Shown here: positions 38,243 through 50,934 of the stretch, one piece after another
Layout: each line of letters begins with the position of its first letter
Numbering within the stretch: the first letter of the stretch is position 1
DNA from: Carcharhinus longimanus
Lineage: Eukaryota
Direction of reading: 5' to 3'
Assembly (NCBI GenBank): GCA_030264375.1
Contig: JASCQW010000133.1
Location: 34,292,076 to 34,356,075, forward strand
Length of the DNA stretch: 64,000 bases
Program-made: the position numbers and the translations under genes
Notes under the pieces: generated by a model
Database searches by the model: none
Seen by the model: only the letters and a program-made list of their open reading frames with translations
What the model was told of the DNA's origin: nothing

Positions 38243-38612
38243 TTTTTTTCATTGATCATGGGCGTTGTTGGCTCAGCCAACATTTGTTGCCGTTCTCTAA
38301 TTGCCCATGAACGGAACTAGGCTCTTCAGAGGACACTTAAGAGTCAACCATATTGCTGTTGATCTGGAGTCGCATGTAAGCCAGACCAGATGCGGATGGC
38401 AGATTTCCTTCCTTGAAGGACAGTAGTGAACCAAATGGGGGTTTGTTTTACAACAATCTGCAGTGGTTTCACAGTCATCATTGGGATTTTTTTTATTGGA
38501 TTTAAATTTCAGCATCTGCTTGGTAGGATTCGAACCTGAGTCCCCAAAACGTTACCCTAGGTCTCTGGATTACTAATCCAGTGATAATATCACACTGCCA
38601 CAGCCTCCCCTA
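38243..38612 (-). mobile_element. tRNA-headed SINE (second family), full length with LINE-type tail
   Basis: Reverse complement: ggggaggctgtggcag...ggttcgaatcc...gggcaattagagaacggcaacaaatgttggc...aatgaaaaa. Confidence 0.8.
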
Positions 38613-38756
38613 ACGAAGCCTGGCTAAAGCCTCTCATTATTGGTACCAGTAGTGCAGTTGAACGATTGGCTATTTTGATGAGTAAATTCAACTCCTAAAC
38701 TAATGGTACAAGTTGTGGAGTAGTGGCGCTAGATAATATGTACACACCTCCCATCC

Positions 38757-39048
38757 AGAATCATAGAATCCCTTCAGTGCAAAAAGAAGCCATTCAGCCC
38801 ATCGAGTCTGCACTGACCACAATCCCACCCAGGCCATATTCCTGTAACTCCACATATTTACCCTGCTAATCCCCTGATNNNNNNNNNNNNNNNNNNNNNN
38901 NNNNNNNNNNNNNNNNNNNNNNNNNNNNNNNNNNNNNNNNNNNNNNNNNNNNNNNNNNNNNNNNNNNNNNNNNNNNNNNNACTTAAGGCCGGAATTGAGC
39001 CCGGGCCCCTGGTGCATGAGGCAGTAGTGCTAACCACTGTGCCACCAT
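38757..39048 (-). mobile_element. HE1-type SINE (spans an N-gap)
   Basis: agaatcatagaatc tail; gtgctaaccactgtgccacc head. Confidence 0.85.
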
Positions 39049-39688
39049 GTAATACTGGTAGTATTACTGCTCCACAATTGTTGAACTGCAGACACATTTC
39101 CAGCAAAGTGAGTGAGATCTTGCTTTATTCCCTTGTCCACTCCAAAGTATTGAACTCCATTAGATATTCCTTCCAGGCAAGAGCTGCCATATCTTAAATC
39201 AAGTCATTATATGTGATGCTAGGCAACTATTACCTATTAGCTGCAGGATTGCAAACAAAGAATATTAAAAAGTTTTGAGCAGAATTTTATAAGTAGAGGA
39301 GAAGGTATTTTTCTTGCCCAGTTTTATATTAATGTTTAAATTGTTTTTACTCTATTTTACTTTTTTTTTTCATTTTATCCCATTAATCTTAGTTCCCCCT
39401 TGATTACCTATGCAGCAAAAAACATTCCTGAATGAATACTGATATATAATCCAGCAATGTAGTTTAAAAAAAATCCCCTGAAGAGCATGTGCCAAGACAG
39501 CTGCAAGATTGATGAAAAAGAGAGAGGATAATGAATGTTTGAAAAACAAATTTCTGTCCATATTGTTTGAAGGATTTACACTTTTTTTAGGAAATAGAAT
39601 TTAATTCAGATGCTGGTGTTGGAAGGAAGCTATTTTGCAACTGATGGTGTAGTTTCCCATTGATAAAAATTTACTTCTGTTCTGTCAG

Positions 39689-39835
39689 GATTGAAGAGCT
39701 AACGTGCGGTGGGATGGTGGAGCAGGTTCAGGAGGCATTTGGCGAGACCATGACATCAGTTGTTTCACTTTGTGCCCGTTATCCAATTGCCTGTGCCAAT
39801 AGTATTGGGCTACTATGTACCATACCATACACCAG
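39689..39835 (+). CDS. HECTD4: HECTD4 exon 17: (R)IEELTCGGMVEQVQ...TIPYT(R)
   Basis: cag| and |gtaggg; phase 2 to 2. Confidence 0.94.
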
Positions 39836-40569
39836 GTAGGGGAATCGTGCTTCTCACAACATTTCAATGAATTGGGAGCTAAATTATCTATTAATTCAAC
39901 CTTTTTTGTACTCTATATATGTGAATGATTTTCGATTACATAACCAGTATTTAATATATTGTGGTCCACATAGGCCTCACCAGTTGGGATATGTTTTTGA
40001 TTGGGAGTAGTTTATATGCCTTTGTTCTTTCCACCCTCACCACTGAGCAAGGAACTCATGGACTTCACCATCTGTTCAGTGCCTTTTTTGCTAACCATAC
40101 ACTGTAACCTTAAATCTATATTTTTAATCTTTTGTTTCTTCTTCCCCATATGGCTTGCCCATATACATCACCTATGTCTCCCACCTTCTCTTACCATTAA
40201 GCTGGGGGTAATGCAAATCCCTTCCTGGCCCCATGCTAGCTGAAATTGTAAACGCTTTCCTCCCCTCAGTTACTGTCTTCCTCTCTTTCAAAATTGCTAT
40301 CACCTCCCACAAACCCACCTTGGAACCCTGTTTTCTAGAAAGCAACAACCCAATCTCTGACCTCCGTTTTCTTGCTGGAGTTCTTGAGCATTTTGTTAAC
40401 TTCCAATGCACGCCCCTTTGTCCCACAATTCTGGTTTCAATCATTGTAATCAAGTTTCAGTCTCTATCCCTGCAATAGCACTAAAACGGCACATACTGAG
40501 GTAGCAAACGATATTCTGTGTCACTGTTGAAGAACTGTGTTGGTGTGCATATTTTTTCTCATTTAACAA

Positions 40570-41062
40570 AGGATGTAAATGTCGGTGGTTCAGAGGAGTT
40601 TCATTAGATTGATACCTGTAATGAGTGGCTTCTCTTGTAAGGATAGATTGGACAGGATGTGCATGTTTCCACTGGAGTTTAGAAGAGTAAGGGATGACTT
40701 GATAAGATCCTGACTGGCCTTGTCAAGGTGAACGTTGTAATGATGTTTTCTCTTGTGGGAGAGTCCAGAACTAGGGAGCACGGTTTTAAGATTAGAGGTC
40801 ACCCTTATAAGGCAAAGATGAGAATATTTTTCTGAGGATTGTGCAGCTTTGGAACTCTGCCTCAGAATGTGATGGAAGCAGGTTATTGAATATTTTTGCG
40901 AGGGGTTGATAGATTCCTGTTAGGCATAGGAGGCAAAAGTTATCACAAGTAAATGGGAATGTGGAACTCAAAAGACAGATAAATCAGTCATGATATTGTT
41001 GAATGACAGAGCAGGCTGGAAGGGCTAAATGGCACCCTCCTATTTTGTATGTTTATATGTTC
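40570..41062 (+). mobile_element. CR1-type LINE 3' end inserted into an older L2-like fragment (~40050-41220)
   Basis: gttcagaggagtttcattagattgatacct...tatgtttatatgtt tail; flanking L2-like FDTVDH at ~41091. Confidence 0.7.
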
Positions 41063-41226
41063 ATTGTTTGTCCTTTAGCACATTGCAGGTTTTGATACGG
41101 TTGACCACCATCCCCAATGCCTCTCTTCTGTTGTGTAGCCCAACAGGATAACCCTCACTATTAACTATCTAATTGTAGCAAGATTATTTCCAGCAATGTT
41201 TTAGCTTCCCATCTGTGTGCCTATTT

Positions 41227-41490
41227 CATAGAATCATAGAGTTTTACAGTGCAGAAGAGGCCATTAGGCCCATCGAGCCTGCATCAGTTCTCTGACAGGG
41301 TATCTTACCTAAGTCCTCTTCCCCACACTATCACCATAAGACCACACCTTCCATGGCTAATCCATTTAACTTAAGGGCAATATTGTATGGTAAATCCACT
41401 AACCTGTGCATCTTTGCACTGTAGGAGGAAACCAGAGCACCCGGAGGAAACCCACACAGACATAGGGAGAATGTGCAAACTCCACACAGG
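41227..41490 (-). mobile_element. HE1-type SINE, truncated
   Basis: catagaatcatagag tail; ggaaaccagagcacccggaggaaacccac core. Confidence 0.85.
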
Positions 41491-41491
41491 T

Positions 41492-42815
41492 GGTCAGAGT
41501 GATTTGTAAATGGTAGTGTTCCTGTGACCTTACTGTTCTTGTTTTAGTAACCTGTAAAGGTTGAGAGTTAGCAAGGTACCATTGATGTCGCTTCGCTGAA
41601 TTGCTGCTGTGCCGTTTGTAGATGATATGCATTGCAATCATTGTGCACCAATGGTGTAGTGAGTTGACATTTAAGGTACTGGTGGGTTGCCAACATGTCC
41701 TTAATGATATCAAGTTTCTTTCTGTTGGAGCTGCATCAGTTACGTGGGAAATATTCCAACACATCAGTGTTTCATAGCTAATGGAAAGGCATTTGGCAGA
41801 GGAGATGTGTCACTCTCTGCTGAATTCCCAGCCTTTGACCTGTTCTTGCAGTGATCTGATTAATGTGGCTCGTCCAGTCCAGTTTCTGGTCAATGTTAAC
41901 CACCCCCTGGCCCCAACCCCTAGATGCTGCTAGTGGGGAATTCAGCATTGGTAATGCCATTGACTGTAAGAGGAAGGTGATAAGACTCTCTTGTTAGAGA
42001 TGACCTGGCATTTGTGTGGTGTGAATGTGACTAACCTTTTGTCAACCCAAGCCTTGCCTCTGCCTCTGAGGAAATGCAAGGGTATTGCATTTTCAGTCAT
42101 CAGCCAAACATCCCATTTTCTGACCTTGTGATGGAGGGAACGTATTAATGAAGCTGCTGAATATGGTTGGGCCCGGAAGCTCCTCTGAGGAACTTCTGTA
42201 ATGATATCCTGGGCTTCCAGCAACTACAGAATCTTTATGTTCAGGATAACTCTCCAGTGTAAAGTTAACCCCATTCCCATTGACTTTAGCTTGCTTAGGG
42301 CTCCTTAATAGCACCTGCACTAAACAACTGCTTTGATGTCAAAGTCAATTCAGTCTTTTCTCATCTCTGGAATTCTGTTTCTTTGCCATGTTTGGACCAA
42401 ATCTGTCAAGTGCTGCTCGATAGCATTATCGATGACACCTGTCATATAATTGATGGTTGAAAGTAGACCAATAGGTCTGTAATTGGGCAGATTGGATTTT
42501 ATGAAGGCAGTATATACCTGAGAAATTTTCCGCTTGGTTGGGTGGAGACCAGTGTATTGCAACAGTTCAGCTAGGGGTATGGCTCTTTCTGCAGCACGTC
42601 TTCAGCACTAGAGCCAGGGAATTGTCTGTGCCCATAATCTTTACTATATCCAATGCATGGCAGTAGCTTCTTTATCAATGCTCACCTTAGCAGGAGACCA
42701 AAAAGGATCACCCACTGCCACTTCTAACTGAAGATGATTGCAAACATTCCAGCCTTGTCTCTCTCGCATTTACGTGGCATGCTGTGTCATCTTTGTGGAT
42801 ATGGATATTCAGAAA
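41492..42815 (-). mobile_element. Decayed LINE, same family as 32558-35312
   Basis: KSNLPNYRPIGLLS, QDIITEVPQ, LADD on the minus strand. Confidence 0.75.
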
Positions 42816-44879
42816 GCTGCTTCCTATTATTTTTAATTTCGCATTTCACCAAAGCTCTATCCTACCCCTTTCCTTGTCTCAATGCTGCTCTTTGACATTA
42901 TCCAAAAATACAGCATCAAATTCAACATGTATTTAACCACACCTAGCTCTGTCTTTTTATTGAGAATATTAAGTTCATAATTCATGTGATTTAGAATATA
43001 AATTTGAGGAATTAAAGGTTTAAATGTAAAATGGGGAAAAGCCTGGTTGTGAAACTGATAACTAACATTAATGTTAAGACAGATCAAACAAACCTGGGTT
43101 TCATTGACCTGTGTTTAGCTTACACATTCAGAATTTGAAGTGAATCAACCTGCTAACTTGTAAACTGAACATTGCAGAAATTCTGGTTTGACACTGCACA
43201 CCTTATGTGTTTCTCTTCTGCCGCCCAAACAGAAAGTGCAACTTCAATCTAACCAGCTTTGCAGAGTTTCTTACTGTGGAAACAAGTGACATTGTTTCTG
43301 AGCTACACAAGATGAAAGTTGCCTCAGCAGCTTTGCACTGATGGGCTCAAAAACATTCAAAGGCACTTCAATCGGAACATTATAAAGCAAAATATTAAAC
43401 TGAGCTACATAAGATATTATTGACCAAACATTAGTTCCAAGAGGTAGGTTTGAAGAGGTTGAGAGACATGTTAGTGAGGTAGTTTGTCATCAGCATACAA
43501 ATGAAAATAAAGGTTTATTTCTTAGCCTGTGCTAACATAGCTCAGTTCACCAAGGATGCGAGTTGGCTAGGCTGGGCTAATTATTACATTGTTGCGTCAT
43601 CATCATTTGGTTTCATATATCCATATGTATGATCAATTAATGACATTAATAGACTGGTTCCAGAGCTAACCAGCTGGTACAGTTTGCCTTGCACAGCAGA
43701 ATGTAACTATGTCTCATTATTGTTCTGTGGAACTTCTGCAATGTAATTAGTGCTGTTCATGTATTTGCCAAATTTAGTTTTATTTGTGATTTGTAAGACC
43801 TGTATTTTAATTTTTGAATATTCAGTCATCAGCTATTACATGGACTATCAACAACAAAAACTTGCATTTGGAAAGTGCCATTAATGTAAAACATGTTAAT
43901 GTCCCTCCAGGAATGCTAATAACCAAATTATTGACATTTAGCCATGTAGAGATATTAGCACACATGACCACAAGCTTCATCTAAGAGCTAGTTTTTAAGG
44001 GGCATCTTAAAATCAGTGTAATGGAGGGAATTCAAGAGCTTAATCCTAGGCAGCTAAAAGCACAACTACTCATAGTGGGTCAATAAGGACATGCGAGACA
44101 GCAGAAATGGGAGAGAGGAAAGACCTCAGGATTGATGAAGATTTTAGAAAAAGGGTGGGCAGGAAAATGAGAAATTGAAGTTCAAAGTATTTTGGACTGG
44201 GAACCAGTGTAGGTCATCCAGCACAGTTGAGCATATGTCATTGCGCACTGTGCATGCTTTCTTGAGGAACATGGTACTGGCACTCATGCAGCTGAAGTTT
44301 GCTAAGCTACATAACCCAAATATTACGTCTTAATAAAACCACTTTTAAATCCAATTTTTTTTAATGCAACTGTTTAGATTGCCAGTATGTGTTGCATTCA
44401 TTGATCTCAGTTGAGTTAGTGGCATGGGAGCTACAATTATTCTCCGTTCTAGGGTCAGGGAAAGTCAACCAAAGCCCCGATTTCAGGTCACTATCCAGTC
44501 ATTTTGAAACGGAGGAGAAAGTGAAATCATCCATTAGTACCTCAATTTCATACTGTGACATCTAGAGGCAGTCTATCAACATTCACTGGTTACTTTGACC
44601 TCTAAATAGTCTCAATTGAAGGGATTGGGAGCCATGTAACTGTGCATAATTCTGAAGAGAGATTTTTGGGTGGTAGAATTTAAAAGACATGATTATCAAT
44701 TTGAGTTCCAAGCAATTGCATCTTACACAGCCAGGAAAACAACTTGGAAACTACAAAAAGGATTTTTTGACAGTGTAAGCTGCTGTTTGTCATATGTTCA
44801 AGGAGTTTTGCTTGTTACGACTCCTGTTCTGATGTATTGTTTTGCATATTTAGAAATCTTTTTGTTACCCCACATTTAG

Positions 44880-45064
44880 GAGTGAAGAGAAGTGTCTGGT
44901 GCGGAGTGGCTTGGTGCAGCTCATGGACAGACTCTGTAGCCTGACAAGCCAACGAGAAAGTAGCTCCAGCGAAAAACAGACAAGGAAGCAGAAGGTAGCC
45001 ACTATGGCCTGGGCTGCCTTCCAGGTACTGGCTAATCGCTGTGTAGAGTGGGAGAAAGAAGAAG
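44880..45064 (+). CDS. HECTD4: HECTD4 exon 18: (R)SEEKCLVRSGLVQLMDR...WEKEE
   Basis: tag| and |gtgaga; phase 2 to 1. Confidence 0.95.
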
Positions 45065-46007
45065 GTGAGAGTTATTCGCAAATGTAACCATGTCTGTCCC
45101 TGCTCCCGCCCTTTCTCTGTTATGACCTTCAAACTATTAAAACCCTCACTAAGCATTATTCATTTGTTCCTGAATGATGTCACCTTTCTTGCAAGCTACT
45201 TGACCTTGGTTTGTGTCCCAGACAATAGGTCATGGCTTTGTGGCAGTTAAGACAAAACCTGAAGATCCTTGCTAATTTTGTGAAAGGATGTTGAGGTTCA
45301 ATGAGAAGTTTTTTTGGTTTAAAAAAAAAAGTCAGTGATCTCTTTCAGATAGCTCTGCCTCAAAGTGCCGAATGGTACCAAAGGAATAAGGCGTTGACCA
45401 CATCCTTGTAGTAGAGGCCAGTTCGTTGTTGTCCATTTGAATGTGAATGGCTGCTTATAACTTAAACCTATTTCCAACAGTTGGAACATCTTTTTACTGA
45501 GTCATATTTGGACCTTGTGAAAATCCTATTCTTTAGAGTGAAGAACTGACATCGAAGTACTTTGCTGCTTCAAGTGTTCCACCCAATGGTTGCTTGTGGA
45601 ACAACATTGGGTTATTTTTTCAGTAAGCCATATGTTGCTCAGTGGCAGTGTGCAGCACCCTATTCAAGAGATCACCCAGTTGTGTGAAAAGCAGGCAAGA
45701 CTGTCAAATATGTTAAATAGTTAAATATGCAAGAGTAAATGAGTAAATGTATATCCACCAAATACAGTACAGATCAAGCTTTGTAAAGTTGGCTTATTTT
45801 GCTTTCAGTTTTTTTATTATATTATTATCTGAACTGAACCTGTGGATTTTTCTTAATGAGTTTCCTTCAGTTCAAAATCAAAACTAATCTTTGTGGGCCT
45901 TTAACTTGCTTTTGGCTTGACCTGTTGGACCATTCTCCAAATACACTCTGATGTATTGGGGAGTTAGTGCAAGGGGCATTTAATATGTACTTCATTTCTC
46001 CAACCAG

Positions 46008-46161
46008 GTGTATCAACAAATGCAGTGCATTCTGGGTTAGCACGTCAAGTATCAAGCCTATTAACCAATCATCTTGCCCGTGCTACTGAGTGCTGTGGGA
46101 ATCAAGCAGCAGGGAATGATGCACTGCAGGATGTACTCAGCCTACTAAATGATCTTTCCAG
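46008..46161 (+). CDS. HECTD4: HECTD4 exon 19: (G)VSTNAVHSGLARQ...LNDLS(R)
   Basis: cag| and |gtaggg; phase 1 to 2. Confidence 0.94.
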
Positions 46162-46919
46162 GTAGGGAAACATTTAGAGAAACAATTGATTAAAGATGCA
46201 CTCAGTAAGGTGTACGTACAGTTTGAAACTTCAGTGAATCTCATGTAGCGATTTACAACCATCGGCTACTTTTTGTATAATGTGTACAGTATAGTTTTAT
46301 TTTACTGAAATGTAGTATATGAGTGAAGCACACTGAATATACCTGCTCTGCTGTCATTGAATTGAACTACATTAATATAATCTGAACAGTCCTTTTGTTG
46401 CGTGTTGTCTGTTTGAAGGAAATGGGGTGCTCTTATTCCACTTTGTTTTTTTGAAGTCAGCTATTAAGGACAGTGATTGCTCACAAGCAGAGGGCTGCAT
46501 TAAATTCGGTATGCAAATCAATTTTGAGTGAAGTGAAATTGACCCTCTTGAGCTGCATTGCTTAACGTGATGCAGTTTTGCAGAATTTCAACTTTAAAAT
46601 TGTTTAGTGCAAGCTACAGGTGACTAGCATATCAGTAGATAAATTCAGTGTTACTGATTTTAATTTTGTGTTGAAATGCACTTTTCAGAATGTTTTCTGT
46701 ATTTGTCGTTCAGTATATTTAAAACTTCGTTTGGAAAACATCTGAATTGGTGGAAATGTCAAGTAACATGAAGTGATTGACAACCTAGCTTGATTTTTTT
46801 TTAAGCACCAAGTTATCTTGCCTGGAATATATTTTGCACATATGACTTTTGGAAATTAGTGAAATAAATAGTTTCAGCAGTTAATTAATCATACATTTTA
46901 ACTCTGATCTTCCTATCAG

Positions 46920-47200
46920 AAGTCAAATTGGTAAAGCAATCCTCAGTCAGCCTGCCTGCGTGTCAAAGCTCCTTTCGTTATTATTAGACCAGCGGCCATC
47001 CCCCAAGCTGGTACTCATCATCCTTCAACTTTGCCGTGCTGCCTTACCTCTCATGAATGTGGAAGATTGTGGGAATGTGGAACTGCCTCCATGGAGCTAT
47101 TCTGTACCTTCCCTGGACAATGAACAGGATGACCCTGGTGATCCTGCTTCAAATATTGCATCACTTCTGTTGGCTAAACTTGCTGATTATGTTGTACCAG
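46920..47200 (+). CDS. HECTD4: HECTD4 exon 20: (R)SQIGKAILSQPACVSK...ADYVVP
   Basis: cag| and |gtaagt; phase 2 to 1. Confidence 0.95.
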
Positions 47201-48384
47201 GTAAGTTGTTAGCTGGACAATGACTAGTAATGTACAGCTAAATTGGAAGAGAACTTTTGCCATTAAGTATGAATAATCTGCCTTGCCCCTCTCGAACCAT
47301 TTTAAATCTATTTACTTGTCCTTGACCTCGATTTGGCAAGCATTTTTCTCTTGCACTTCAAAGGTCATCAGTTTGATTTAGGCAGTTATTTGTATAACGA
47401 TAAAATATGCAAACTCTGTCCCTTTATGGTAAGAAATTATTTATTCTATGAAAATCACTGGTTCTGGTGTGTTCTTGGTTTTCAGGTGATGTGGAGCATA
47501 GTGTGTATTTTTATACTGAAAGAACTCTTTTCAGGCAACAATGATCTTCTGGCTCTGGGATGACATTGTGGCAAGATCAGGTGCTGAGCTCCAGGAGATT
47601 TCTGCACTGTCATTAAGAGCAGAGCTGTAGAAAAAGGGGTTACAGTATTTGGAGCTGGTGTGGTATCATTGTCACCATTAGTGGCACAAGTCCATGATTA
47701 GTGTCTTTTTTAACTAATTTTGTGGTTTTAGCCTCATGATTATGCAAGTATTTTAATTCATAAACATGAAGAATCTGGGCATCTAAAGGATGCTACTTAC
47801 CTGAAACCAAGATCTCCCTCTAAGTCCTCCTCCTCCTGAGGGCATTGTCTTGCTGGTATAAGTTTTTTTTGGAATCAGCTCCTCCAGTGCTCTCCATGGT
47901 GGCCATTCTTTGTTTGTGTGTCTTGGCAGTTTAGTATTAGGAAGCTATTCCTCAAGGGATCACAGCTGAACCTTATCTGATCTTGAGCTCAAATTTACAC
48001 ATGCAGACTCTGCAACAGTTGATAAATTGTTGATCGGGGCAGACATGGTGTTTTCTTCTTTCACTAACCCAAATATGCTATGGCATGGTGTAAAAATCGA
48101 GCGGCCACCATCATAGACTAGTTTGTTTATTGAGGTAAATGTTAAATCTTGTAGTGGGAATTACTGTTGGTGAGATATCAAAAATTGACTCTGCAGTTTT
48201 GTAGAATTATTTTGATGGTGCTAGAATTGAATAGTGTAAAATGAGGAAGTGACGTAGTTAAGTTTTTGCCTTGTGTTCACATAGCTCCAGTAGTCTAGTA
48301 TTCAGGAAATCTGGCATGACAATGGAGCAGTATTGGCCAAATCTGTTTGTTTTAGAAGCTGAACATTTAACACTCTGTCCTCAG

Positions 48385-48574
48385 GGTGTCAAACTGTGCT
48401 GTCTCCCAGCACATCAGAAGCTGGTTCTTCCTTTACAAAATCCAGCCCAAAGAGCTCAATAAAAACAGAAAAAGATGGTGGAGAGGAAAGCGAAGCAATA
48501 GATGGTAAACTGTCGATATTAATACATAAACGTGAAGATCAGTCATCCCATGAAGTCCTTCAGCCATTACTCAG
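48385..48574 (+). CDS. HECTD4: HECTD4 exon 21: (G)CQTVLSPSTSE...VLQPLL(S)
   Basis: cag| and |gtaggt; phase 1 to 2. Confidence 0.94.
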
Positions 48575-49032
48575 GTAGGTGCAGCAGTAATGTTCTCCTT
48601 TTCCACCACCTATTTTCCCCTCCCCAAAAGGATATTGGGTAATGTCCATCAGCACTAGCTATTCTTAAGCATTTTACCCTGCAGGTTTCATGCCCCCAGA
48701 TTTCATGTAAGCTTGGACACGGAATATCAACAAACTGTTTAGCCATTGGTTTGGAGCAAGGATTACAATCTGTTCCAATCCCATCCACACACTGTCAGCC
48801 TGTCCATGCAGAGATATCATCTTTGTCTGAATTGAATGCCCATTATGTCATCAACTAAAATCCACACTTGCATACTTTGCAGGATGAAACAGAAGTAGCA
48901 ACCCTGCTTTTTCCCCCGTAATAGATGAGAGACTATAAAGTTGACCAACCTGAGCTGAGATGTGGAGGTGTAACAAAAGGCTATTAATTGAATCTGGGAG
49001 CTTCCTCCTTTAAATCATTCAGATTTTGTGTA

Positions 49033-49368
49033 TAGCAACACGATGGCACCGTAGCTAGCACTGCTGCCTCACAGCTCCAGGGACCCAGGTTCGATTCCCT
49101 GCTGGGGTCACTGTCTGTATGGCGTTAGCACATTCTCCCTGTGTCTGCTGTGTTTTCTCCAGGTTCTCTGGTTTTCTCCCACAGTCCAAAGATGTGCAGA
49201 TTAGGTTGATTGGACATGCTAAATTGCCTCTTAGTGCCCCAGGATATGTTGGCTAGAGGGATTAGTGGGGTAAATGTGTGGGATTATAGGGATAGGGCTT
49301 GGGTTGGGATTGTTTCAGTGTAACGATGGGCTTAATGGTCTCCTTTTTCACTTTCAGAATTCTGTGAT
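49033..49368 (+). mobile_element. HE1/V-SINE-type SINE, full length
   Basis: gatggcaccgtagctagcact...ggttcgattcc head, V core, CR1-like tail. Confidence 0.88.
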
Positions 49369-49654
49369 AACCCTCTGTGATTACCACTGCTGTTGTTGGC
49401 AGTGGTTCATTAAATTAGGACTGCTATGTGAAAAGGTTTTGTATTAACTTGAGATTTCAATCCAACATTAGACTTAGGCTAAAGTGGTACCTTCTATCAC
49501 TCCCTGAACAACCTAAGATCTGCTGAATGATTTTTTGTGGCTGTACAGAGAGTAACATCGCATGTAATCGTCTGTATCAGCTGAAAACGCAGTACAATTG
49601 TGGAGTAAAATGTTCAATTATGCTTTTACATCATTTCAACCCTTTCCTTTGTAG

Positions 49655-49736
49655 CAGTTCAGAGGGGCGTCCTTTCCGACTGGGCACTGGAGCAAACATG
49701 GAGAAAGTGGTGAAGATGGATCGGGACATGACTAAA
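49655..49736 (+). CDS. HECTD4: HECTD4 exon 22: (S)SSEGRPFRLGTG...RDMTK
   Basis: TAG|CAG tandem acceptor (start 49655 or 49658); |gtaagg donor. Confidence 0.92.
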
Positions 49737-50311
49737 GTAAGGAATTATAAGAAGTTAAATCCAGTTCAGAGAATTGTAAAAGACCCTGACAATTGTAACA
49801 TCCTCAGCATGGACTGGGGATTGCTCATGGGTCTTTCAGTATCTTCATGACTCATCTTGCATTCAGCAAAACCTTTGACATCAGAAAAATTTAACTTTTA
49901 TCTATGGACTGAAGCAAATCAGACCAGAGTAGTCATGTGCTGAAAGAAATACTGTTCTTCAATACTAGTTTAAATGTTTTTAACAAGCTAAATAGTTTCC
50001 TTTGATGTAAATATTTTCTATTTATTAAAAATACAAGTTCCTGTTCTGAAACAAATTGCTATCCAAATGTAACATTGTGAATATTCTGTCCCAAATGGAC
50101 ATTAACACTCAACAAAATACTTTTCCCTTTTTATTTTGACAAAAGTTAAGAAATCAAGTAAGTGGATCAACGTTAAATTATAAATAACTCCAACCTTTCA
50201 GCTTGCCTGTGGAATGCCTGTTTCTTGTTTAACTGAAGTAGAACAGTCATTTAACATTCCATTGGCAAAATATACCTGATGGAGCACACTAATTATATTT
50301 TTGTTTTGCAG

Positions 50312-50514
50312 AGTGGGTACTGTGAAGTTATTACAGAAGAAGCAGCTGCAGCCTTACGCAAGGCTACCAAATGGGCGCAGTCAGGGCTAATTGTAAGTGT
50401 GGGACCACCAGTGGAGGCTACAAGTCAGGAGGCTACTAGTGGACTGACAACTGGTGATAAGAAGAAGACGGCTCAGACATCCATCTGCAGAGAAAAAAAT
50501 GCAGAACTTGCCAG
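50312..50514 (+). CDS. HECTD4: HECTD4 exon 23: SGYCEVITEEAAAALRK...NAELA(R)
   Basis: cag| and |gtatga; phase 0 to 2. Confidence 0.95.
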
Positions 50515-50934
50515 GTATGAGATGGAGAGAGACAAAGGAGAAGTAAGACCAGATAATGAGGGACTGTGCCCTTCTAGTGTGGGTGAGAATTAAACTGTTC
50601 AAGCTCTGCTATTGAAGAATATCATTTTTTTAATTGTGAAGCTAGTTACAGGACTAAGATCTGGAATACAGAACACAGACAAGATTGTAGAGGCGCTAAA
50701 GTTAAATTAGTGATCAGCTGGCAAAGGTAGATCAAAGACCGGTTGCTTTGAGGTAGAAGAGGAAGCTGAGGGATGGAACAAAATATACAATTTGTAAGTT
50801 CCTGAGAATTAATTTGCTGAGTTATAATAAAGATTAAAATTTAGTCATCCACCCTTGTATTGTTAATCTAAATTGTTATGGTTTCCTATGTTACAACAGT
50901 GACTCTATAATCTAAAGTGAGTAAAATATTACTA

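Noticed and set aside
37855-38283. 142-aa minus-strand ORF as a nested antisense gene
   Set aside because: Starts inside a SINE tail; no recognisable domain or splice structure
49037-49100. tRNA-like A/B boxes (also 16457, 25192, 38540-38612)
   Set aside because: These are SINE heads continuing into SINE cores, not tRNA genes
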